DNA of 64,000 nt, from contig CAZVLS010000005.1 in assembly GCA_964628295.1 (NCBI GenBank), positions 192,931 to 256,930 on the forward strand, read 5' to 3'. Shown here piece after piece: positions 20,819 through 29,000 of this stretch. The translations under genes were made by a program, and so were the position numbers. Origin of the DNA: an uncultured Acidobacterium sp. Lineage in GTDB: Bacteria; Acidobacteriota; Vicinamibacteria; Vicinamibacterales; UBA2999. The notes beneath the pieces are model-generated. The model saw only the letters and a program-made list of their open reading frames with translations, ran no database searches and had not been told where the DNA came from. Each line of letters starts with the position of its first letter. Within the stretch, counting starts at the first letter, position 1.

Positions 20819-21952
20819 TTAGCGCAGCAGCGACTCCATTTCTTCGGGGTGACGTGCGCGCACCTGCGCGTCATTCGGCGTGATGAGGCCCTGCTTGACC
20901 AGGCGCGCGAGTGATTCCTCGAGCGTGAAGGAGCCCTGCTTGCGCGTCAGCGTGATCTCCTGGTGCAGGTGCTGCAGCGCGTTGCGGCGAATGTGCTGCC
21001 GCGCGCCGTAACTCACCATCAACAATTCAGCGGCCGGCGCGCGTCCGCCGGACGGGCCTGGGATCAGCGTCTGCGTCATGACGGCGGCGAGCGCCCACGC
21101 GAGTTCTTGCCTGATGGTGTTCTGCCGCTCATTGGGAAACGAATCGCAGATGCGGCCGACGGTTGCGGCGACGTCCGTCGTATGCAGCGTGCTGAATACG
21201 AGGTGGCCGGTTTCCGCCGCGGTCAGCGCAATGCGCATCGACTCGTGATCGCGCATCTCGCCGATCACGAGAATATCCGGCGCCTGCCGAACGGCGGCCC
21301 TGAGCGCGGTGGGGAAGTCCGGCGCGTCGATGCCGACCTCGACTTGCTCGACGAGTCCCTGGTGATTGGCGTGTTCGTATTCGATCGGGTCTTCGACGGT
21401 GACGATGTGCTTGCGATCGCGGCGGTTGATCACGTCCACTAGTGCCGCCACGGTTGTGGTCTTGCCTGAGCCCGTTGCGCCGCCGACCAGCACCAGTCCC
21501 GCGCCAAGCTTCGTGAGGTTCTCGACTTCCGGCGGGAGGCCGAGTTGCGCGAGCTGCGGCACGTTGGTTGGCAGGATGCGGATGGCGGCGGCGGGTCGTC
21601 CGCGTTCGTGATGCAGGTTGACGCGCATCCGCGCCGAGCCCGGCAGGCGGAGCGAGGCATCGACGATGTTGATGCGTTGGTATTCGGCGCGGCCGTGAGG
21701 GGGAAGTAATGGCAGGATCGCGTCTTCGACGTCCTGGTCCGAGAGTGGCGCCGTGCCGATCGCGCGCAGGCTGCCATCCACGCGCATCATCGGCGCGCTA
21801 CCGCTGACCAGCAACAGGTCGCTGCCCTTGCTGGCGACGACCTGGCGCACCCAGTCGTCGAGGCGTTCATCGCGCCCGCCGGCGTCGAGCCTGGCGGCGG
21901 AGGAGTTGAGTTCGCCGATCAGCGCATCGAGATCGTCGGACGGACGGGTCAT
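20819..21952 (-). CDS. pilT: type IV pilus retraction ATPase PilT family
   Basis: Walker A 'GATGSGKTTT', 'TVEDPIEY', Walker B 'ILVIGEMRD', 'GHLVFSTLHT'. Confidence 0.85.
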   Translation of the reverse strand: MTRPSDDLDALIGELNSSAARLDAGGRDERLDDWVRQVVASKGSDLLLVSGSAPMMRVDGSLRAIGTAPLSDQDVEDAILPLLPPHGRAEYQRINIVDASLRLPGSARMRVNLHHERGRPAAAIRILPTNVPQLAQLGLPPEVENLTKLGAGLVLVGGATGSGKTTTVAALVDVINRRDRKHIVTVEDPIEYEHANHQGLVEQVEVGIDAPDFPTALRAAVRQAPDILVIGEMRDHESMRIALTAAETGHLVFSTLHTTDVAATVGRICDSFPNERQNTIRQELAWALAAVMTQTLIPGPSGGRAPAAELLMVSYGARQHIRRNALQHLHQEITLTRKQGSFTLEESLARLVKQGLITPNDAQVRARHPEEMESLLR

Positions 21953-21967
21953 GCCGTAATCAGACGT

Positions 21968-22795
21968 CTATTCGTAGAAGACGGACTTCTCGCCGCGGGT
22001 CTTGATCAGTTCCGCGATGTTCTTCGCCATCAGGTCGCGCCGTGCGAGCAGCGCCTTCTTCTCGGCGTTGCCGACCCACTTCTCGAGTCCGCGATCAAGA
22101 TCCTCCATCGTCAGGGCCTGCATCTTCGTCCACAGCTCGCGATCGACGCGGCCGAGCGGCGTGAGGTTCTTGAGGTCCTTCTTGTCGATGAATGCGCGCG
22201 AGTGATCGATCAGGAAAAGGTGCCAGTCGTTGTCGTAAATCAGGTTGCCCTGGTTGCGGTCGATGTTGGCGATCAGCAGGTCGAACATCTTCATCTTCGT
22301 GAGCTGGCGGCTCCACATCGGCTCAGGGCCCTGCGGCGGCTTCTCGACGCTCCAGCCCCTGGTGTTCTCGACCCAGTAGACGGCGGCGCCGGTCAGGCCA
22401 TCGAGCTTGCGCTCGACGATGGGCGGGACCATGTGGAGGTCGAGCATGCGATCGAGCTTATAGGCGGCAATCTCCGCCTTGTAGCTCTCCATGAAGCCCT
22501 TGCTGTATCCAGGGCGGATCGGCTTCCACGCGAAGCGCGAGCCGCCCTCGAGCGTGGCGCGCTGCGGCTTGGTGACGCCGATCGGCACCGCCTCGGTCTT
22601 GAGCACCTTGCCGTCGACGAGCAGCTTCTCGATCTGCTCCTCGAAGCCCGCCCAGGTAAGCGAGCACTTCTCGGCGGCCGGCGCGGGCACAGCCACCTGC
22701 CCGTCCTTCGCCAAGGCGACGGCGGGCAAGCCCGACAGAGTGGTTGCCGATAGGGCGAAGGCGAGGGCGGCAAGGAGAGAGGGGGCTCGTCGCAT
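21968..22795 (-). CDS. secreted protein with protein-kinase-like / PI3-PI4-kinase-like catalytic core
   Basis: The ATG at 22795 gives signal peptide MRRAPSLLAALAFALSATTLSGLPAVALA. 'RFAWKP' is a candidate beta3 Lys and 'ESYKAEIAAYKLDRML' a candidate helix-C Glu. The catalytic loop 'IDRNQGN' is followed 13 residues after the Asn by 'LIDHS', the same spacing as DRHxxN..IDFG. Confidence 0.45.
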   Translation of the reverse strand: MRRAPSLLAALAFALSATTLSGLPAVALAKDGQVAVPAPAAEKCSLTWAGFEEQIEKLLVDGKVLKTEAVPIGVTKPQRATLEGGSRFAWKPIRPGYSKGFMESYKAEIAAYKLDRMLDLHMVPPIVERKLDGLTGAAVYWVENTRGWSVEKPPQGPEPMWSRQLTKMKMFDLLIANIDRNQGNLIYDNDWHLFLIDHSRAFIDKKDLKNLTPLGRVDRELWTKMQALTMEDLDRGLEKWVGNAEKKALLARRDLMAKNIAELIKTRGEKSVFYE

Positions 22796-23140
22796 GCGAA
22801 ATCCTTTCGACCGGCATTTTAGCCGGGTCTGGCGGTTGCACCACACGCAACTGCAGTTGCGCGGCGACTCGCCGAATTCCGGCCGGAAGGGGCGGTCCCG
22901 CAAACGCATGACAACCGGCGTTGTCACTTTCTTCTCTGACGCGCACGCCGTGCTGAGGGTTCCGTCCAGATAACCGCAGCGTATCGAGAGGCTTAGAGAC
23001 GACGTCCATGTCAGGCGTCTCTTTTGCTCTATCGCTGCCGAACTGCGCGCGGCGTCTTAATGCGAGCTGCTTCCCTGACCGCGAGTATCTCGAATCTTCC
23101 GGCGTCCGCGCGCAGCCAAAAACCATTCTCGGAGGACACC

Positions 23141-23467
23141 ATGCGAATCAGCTTGCTCAGCGCGCTCGTGATCTGCGGCGCACTTCTTTTCATCTCGCCC
23201 GCGGCCGTATCAGCCCAGTCGTCGGAAGCCACGCCGGCCAAGGCATCCATCAATCTCAACTCCGCGACCCTCGACCAGCTCGAGACGCTGCCCGGCATCG
23301 GTCGCAAGACAGCAGAGCGCATCATCGAACACCGTACGAAGAGCGGCCCCTTCAAGCGCATCGAGGAGTTGATGAACGTGAAAGGTATTGGTGAGAAGAG
23401 CTTCCTGAAGCTCAAGCCGATGATCGTCGTGACGCCACCCAAGACCGAGAAGGCGCCCGGTGACTGA
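23141..23467 (+). CDS. comEA: ComEA-family periplasmic DNA-binding protein (helix-hairpin-helix)
   Basis: The ATG at 23141 is preceded by GGAGGA. Signal peptide MRISLLSALVICGALLFISPAAVSA, then 'INLNSATLDQLETLPGIGRKTAERIIEHR..GPFKRIEELMNVKGIGEKSF'. Confidence 0.75.
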   Translation: MRISLLSALVICGALLFISPAAVSAQSSEATPAKASINLNSATLDQLETLPGIGRKTAERIIEHRTKSGPFKRIEELMNVKGIGEKSFLKLKPMIVVTPPKTEKAPGD

Positions 23468-24080
23468 CAGGAGTCTGCCTCACGTCGTCAGTACGGCAGC
23501 TGGAGATGCGGGTGCCGCTCTTATTGATGTCGTCGTCGCCGCTGCGCTCTGCCTGATGATGGGCGCGGTCGCGGTGCCGGTCATCGGCGGCACGCTCGAC
23601 CGCGAGCGGACCATCATTGGCGCGCGCTATCTGGCCGGGCATCTGCAACGGGCCCGGCTCGACGCCCTCAAGCGTGCGCGCTCGGTCGCGGTTCGACTCG
23701 AGCTGGTCGGGGGGCGGACGCAGGTGCGTTCGTATGCAGACGGCAATGGCAATGGTGTGTTGCAGCGTGACATCGATCGAGGTGTCGATGTCGCGCTGAC
23801 GCGCCTTGAGTGGCTTGACGATCAGGCCCGCGACATCTCGCTGCGCATCAATCAGCGAGTCAGTGACGTGTCAGGTTCGACCACGCTCGAGCCCGGCGCG
23901 GATCCACTTCGCATCGGCAACACCGCCCTCGTGACTTTCAGCCCTTTCGGCAGCGCCACCAATGGGACGTTGTATGTCGCGGCCCAGCGCGGGCCGCAGA
24001 TGGCGATTCGGATCTTCGGTGCCACCGGCCGTGTGCGCGTATTGATGTTCGATGCGCAGGCGCGGCAATGGCTTCCGTAA
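23460..24080 (+). CDS. GspH/FimT-like minor (pseudo)pilin
   Basis: Degenerate class III signal 'GDAG|AALIDVVVAAALCLMMGAVAV' (Ala at +1, Asp at +5). GspH-type helix 'ARYLAGHLQRARLDALKRARSVAVRLE'. C-terminal 'GATGRVRV' is a GRxR motif at 24027-24038. It overlaps comEA by 8 nt. Confidence 0.5.
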   Translation: MTDRSLPHVVSTAAGDAGAALIDVVVAAALCLMMGAVAVPVIGGTLDRERTIIGARYLAGHLQRARLDALKRARSVAVRLELVGGRTQVRSYADGNGNGVLQRDIDRGVDVALTRLEWLDDQARDISLRINQRVSDVSGSTTLEPGADPLRIGNTALVTFSPFGSATNGTLYVAAQRGPQMAIRIFGATGRVRVLMFDAQARQWLP

Positions 24081-24382
24081 CGGTCGATCTCGAACGGCGG
24101 GAGGAACGCCGCCGGCCCGGCGGAACTGTGCGGTGGCACTCTCATGCGGTCCTGCGGCCAGGGCAGCACGTCACCATCATCAACATCACGAGCCGCGGGG
24201 CGCTGGTCGAGTCCGACGCTCGCCTTCGGCCTGGTGCCAATACCGAGATGCAGCTGGCCGGGCCGCAGACGCGTACCTCCGTCAAAGGCAAGCTCGATCG
24301 ATGTTGGGTCACCGCGCTCGATCCGCTGCGGTATCGAGGTGTGGTGCTGTTTGAAAGCCGCGTCGTGCTTGACGATGAGTGA
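24068..24382 (+). CDS. PilZ-domain protein (candidate c-di-GMP receptor)
   Basis: 104 aa, 'RREERR' (RRxxxR) near the N-terminus, 'NITSRGALVES' (imperfect D/NxSxxG) about 25 aa later, then beta-rich. It overlaps the upstream gene by 13 nt. Confidence 0.55.
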   Translation: MASVTVDLERREERRRPGGTVRWHSHAVLRPGQHVTIINITSRGALVESDARLRPGANTEMQLAGPQTRTSVKGKLDRCWVTALDPLRYRGVVLFESRVVLDDE

Positions 24383-24524
24383 ATGCGTAGCAGGTGCCCA
24401 CTGATCAATGACGTGCGGGCAGTTCCTACGCAACCTGTGGCCGTGATCCGAGGGTCTTCGCGGGATTCTCGGTGCAATCCGGGCGGCACCGATTGGCATC
24501 GAGTTTGGACACGAGCTTCGCGCC

Positions 24525-25937
24525 ATGGAATCTGAGACCCCACGCCTCATCGGGCATCAGCGGCAGATGCGACGCAGCGACCGGCGGGCCGGCATGGACG
24601 TCCTGCTTCGACAGGTGGCGGCCGACCTGTTGAATGCACCGGACCGCCGGCACCTTGCGATGTGCCTCACGCAGCGTCTGGCTCAGCTTACAAACGTGCG
24701 CAGTGTCGGACTGAAGGAGATCTCGGGCGCGATGCCGCCGCGAGCCCTGCAGCCGATTCGTGCCCGTGACTACGTCGCTTACGCAGTGCCCGTCAAAGAA
24801 GAAGGCCGCCAGGTGATGCTGGAAGCCTGCTTCGATGCTCGCGTGGCCGGGCCCGATGACTGGATGTGCCAGCTGTTCGAAACGGCTGCGAGCCTGGCCG
24901 CCATCCTGATCGAAACCGAGCGCCTCGCATCAACGCCGGCACCATTGACTGCGGCAGAACGGGACGGTGCTGCGCCACTGATCGGGTCGAGCGAAACCAT
25001 GAGGCTGCTGCGTGACCGCGTGGAGCGCGTGGCGAATACACAGTTCACCGTACTGATCGAGGGCGAAAGCGGTGTCGGCAAGGAGCTAGTCGCTCGACAG
25101 ATTCATGCGCTTGGTCAACGACGCAACGGGCCGTTTGTCGCGATCAACTGCGCGGCGCTCGTCGAAACGCTGATCGAAGCGGAGCTGTTCGGCATTGAGG
25201 AGCGTACCGCCACGGGCGTTCGTGGGCGTCGCGGCAAGTTCGAGCACGCCGATGGCGGGACGCTGTTCCTGGATGAAGTGTCCGACCTGTCGATGGCCGC
25301 ACAGGCGAAGTTGCTGCGTGTGATTCAGGACCTGACCGTCGAGCGGGTGGGGGGCAACGGACCGCGTCACATCAACACGAGAATTGTGGCGGCGACAAAT
25401 CGCCCATTAGCCGGGCTCGTAGATCGCGGACTGTTTCGCACGGACCTGTTCTACCGGCTGTCCGGGGTCGAAATTCGGGTGCCTCCACTGCGCCAGCGAA
25501 AGGGAGACATTCTCGAACTCACGCACTACTTTCTGGCCCGGCACGAGGGGCGTGGACGGTTGACCATGACACCCGCAGCGGTCGACGCGCTTGTGGCCTA
25601 TGACTGGCCAGGAAACGTTCGTGAACTCGAGCGGATGATTGAAGGTGCGATCGCGACCGCCGAGTCGCGACAGATCCGCGTCGATGATCTGCCCGTCAGT
25701 TTACGAGGCGGCTACGGTGAGCATCTGGTGCCGTCATCACAGCTTGGCGACACCATGCGCGCCTGGGGAAGTCGCTACGCGCGACTCGTGCTAGAGAAGA
25801 ACGCCGGCAACAAGCGGCAGGCGTGCCGGGCACTCGACATCAGTTACCACACGTTGAATTCGTACTTGCGATATCGGCCTGTGCCGTCGTCCGCTGCTGT
25901 GGGATCCGAGCAGCGCGCGCTGGTGTCGCAGGGCTGA
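24525..25937 (+). CDS. AAA+ enhancer-binding-protein-type transcriptional activator with GAF-like N-domain and degenerate GAFTGA loop
   Basis: 'GESGVGKELVARQIH', 'LFLDEV', 'RIVAATN', 'WPGNVRELE', C-terminal HTH 'NKRQACRALDISYHTLNSYL'. The position of GAFTGA reads 'ERTATGV'. The start may instead be the internal Met at 24594. Confidence 0.8.
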   Translation: MESETPRLIGHQRQMRRSDRRAGMDVLLRQVAADLLNAPDRRHLAMCLTQRLAQLTNVRSVGLKEISGAMPPRALQPIRARDYVAYAVPVKEEGRQVMLEACFDARVAGPDDWMCQLFETAASLAAILIETERLASTPAPLTAAERDGAAPLIGSSETMRLLRDRVERVANTQFTVLIEGESGVGKELVARQIHALGQRRNGPFVAINCAALVETLIEAELFGIEERTATGVRGRRGKFEHADGGTLFLDEVSDLSMAAQAKLLRVIQDLTVERVGGNGPRHINTRIVAATNRPLAGLVDRGLFRTDLFYRLSGVEIRVPPLRQRKGDILELTHYFLARHEGRGRLTMTPAAVDALVAYDWPGNVRELERMIEGAIATAESRQIRVDDLPVSLRGGYGEHLVPSSQLGDTMRAWGSRYARLVLEKNAGNKRQACRALDISYHTLNSYLRYRPVPSSAAVGSEQRALVSQG

Positions 25938-26044
25938 TCTGGTTGCCGGAAGCCTCCGGCGAATGAGGACAACGAGGCGGGGCGCACTTCTCACCGTGGT
26001 GCCGCGCGGTCAGGACGTTGGCTTCAGAGATCGTCGGAGGAATC

Positions 26045-29000
26045 ATGAAGCGAGGTCTGTTGTATGCAGCGACCATCGCGCTGTTGGCGGTGCCATGGGC
26101 ACCGGTCCGCACAGCGTCGAGTACAGGCGAAGGTCCTATCGAGCGTCGGCACGTCGGCGGCGGAAGCATCGCTGCGGGACGAGCCCACACTGTCATCGCG
26201 CGTCCCGACGGGACGGTGTTTGCATGGGGAGACGGGCGGCGCGGACAGCTTGGCGGCGGGGGATATGGTGATCGCCTATCACCCGCGGAGGTGCCTGAAC
26301 TTGTGGGGATTGTTTCTGTGAGCGCAGGCGCCGCGCACACCGTCGCCCTCTCAGTGGCGGGAGAAGTGTTCGCTTGGGGCGCGAACACTTTCGGCCGGCT
26401 TGGTGACGGAACGCGCAAGCGCCGCGCCCGCCCGGTGCGGATCACAGGCCTGGGCGCAGTGAAGATGATCGCCGCGGGACGGGCGCACACCCTTGCGCTG
26501 ACGGCCGACGGGCGCGTGTTCGCATGGGGGGCGAACACCAGCGGTCAAGTCGGAAATGGCAAGAAGGCGGCGGTGCTCTCGCCGCTGCACGTCCAAGGCC
26601 TGTCTGACGTCGCCGCGATTGCCGCCGGAGGGGCGCACTCACTTGCGGTCACCCGTGATGGCCGACTGTACGCATGGGGAAGTAACGAGTTCGGTGCACT
26701 CGGCGATGGGACGACCAAAGATCGGGGCACTCCCGTGCTTGTCGACCTCCGTGACGTTGTGAGCGTTGCGGCCGGTGGTGCTCATAGCCTCGCGTTGGTG
26801 CGATCGGGAGCGGTCTACTCGTGGGGACGAGGAAGCGATGGCGAACTGGGGACGGGAATCACCAAGGTCGCAAGAACCCCGAAGCTGATCACGGGCCTCG
26901 CGGCGACGGTGATCGCCGCGGGCCTGCATTTCTCCGGCGCCATCACCACGGGCGGCCAGGTCGTCACGTGGGGGGCAAACCAAGCAGGCCAGCTCGGCGA
27001 CGGGACGAGGACTCGCCGTCTGCGCCCAGTGCCGGTCATCGGACTTCAGGCGGCTTCCGCGTTGGCGCTCGGCTCCCTGCATAGTGCCGCAGTGACCATT
27101 GACGGAGATGTGCGCACATGGGGCGAAGGCGAGTCCGGCAGACTGGGCTCAGGAGGAGAGTCCGACCAAACGGCCCCGCAAGAGATCATCTCCAATCTTC
27201 CGGATTGGGGCAGTGAACCCGCGGAGGATCCAGAACCGGTCGACACCGTTCCACCCGTGATTCGCGCGGTGGTGTCGCCGCCACTGACGGACGGTTGGAT
27301 GACGACGCCGGTCACGGTGTCGTTTCAATGTGCGGACGAGGTCGCGATTGCCTCCTGTTCGCAGCCGCTGGTCGTCGACCAGGATGGCGTGACCACGGTG
27401 GCGGGCACTGCGGCCGACGGCGCGGGCAATACATCCTCGGCCGAGGTCACGATCAAGCTCGACCTCCACCCACCGATGGCCACGATCGCCGAACTGCCCG
27501 AATCCAGCAACGCGGAAGACATCGTCGTCTCCGGAAGCGTCACTGATGCGGGATCTGGCGTCACTGGGGTGACCTGCAACGGGAAGCCAGTGGTTCTTGA
27601 CGCCGGCACCTACCACTGCGCGCTGCACTTGCGGCCAGGCCGCAATGACTTTGTAGTTCAGGCGCGAGATGCGGTCGGTCATGAGACGTTCTCATCAGTC
27701 ACCGTATCGCGGGTGGGCGCACCGACAGCGCTGTTCCTGACACCTGCCTCCAGGACGGTGGGAGTCGATGAGGTATCTCGTTTCACGTTGCGCGACGAGT
27801 TTGGGGCCAGGGTTGAAGGGGCCTCATGGAGTGTGGACGACGACACGGTCGTCGCGCTCAGTGGCAACGAGCCGCCGGGCATTGCGGCGCTTGGACCAGG
27901 GACTGCGACGGTGGTAGCAGAGAAGGATGGGCTGCGCGCAGAAGCGGTCATCCGCGTTGTGCCGGCGCTGGCCGCTGGGGAGGAGCGCTGGTCGCTGCCG
28001 TCGACTCTGTTGCTTTCGCCGGAGCCGCCCCTGTTTGCGAATCGCGTCTCACCGGACAGTCCCCACATGTTTGCCGTCGACTACGAAGACTGGGACAGGA
28101 AGGTAGTCCGCGCCGTCTCGTCGGAAGGGGAAGTGCTTTGGCAGCAACACGTGCCGGGTGTTCCGCTCATGGCAGATGCCTTCGGAGGACTGGTAGCGGG
28201 AGTGCTTGACGAGATCGGGGACACACGCGCGTTCATCCGTACCGGTGGCGGCACGACGAAGTCCTGGCGCTATGACTCCCTCGGGATTCTCGATCGTCCC
28301 GCGCAGGCCTACGACGGCACGATCTACGCAGTTGAATCGATTCCCAACGGGAAGTTAGTCGAAGGTCACGAAATGAGAGACAAGTTCGCGATCGTGATCG
28401 ACGGATTGTCAGGTCGGCTCGTCGCCCGAAGCAGGCTCGAGCCTGACTTGAATCAATACGACTCCAAGTACGACGGACAGACCATTCCGTCGGTGCCGCC
28501 GGAACTCTGTCGTTCGTATCGCTACGAATACGCGCCCGAGGTGGTGGGACCGATTGCGGGCGCCGATGGCCTTGGCTACCTGGCCGTTCGGCGGCACAGG
28601 ATCGTGAAGAACGACCTTTGCAACGAACCCAGAGCTCGTCGCCCCGAGCGGAACATCGAGATGGGTATCGACCTGGTCGTGCTCTCTCGCACGGAGTCGC
28701 CGAAGTTCATCTCGCTCTATTCAACGAGCTGCCATGGAACGCTTGGTACGGCACTCCCGTGCGATCATCCCGTCCGCGCGATTCAACTCCTGCCGGACGG
28801 CACTGGCGGCACGATCGTGACGTGGGAACGCGGCACTCAGATGGTCGGGCAGTCGGTGGTGGTGCAGAAGGCCATGACCCTGATCGACGGCGACACACGC
28901 ATCGAGCGTGAGGTGCCATTCAACTTTTCAATCGAGCTGGTCGGGCAGGGGGGCATGGCGCTCACCTATGGGGATGGTTGGAAAGCCCTCGATGCGAGAA

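Noticed and set aside
24494-24509. Sigma-54-like promoter TGGCAT-cgagt-TTGGA upstream of the AAA+ activator gene
   Set aside because: The -12 element reads GG instead of the near-invariant GC. It would also leave only about a 6-nt leader before ATG 24525. It is kept only as a weak possibility if the true start is the internal Met at 24594.
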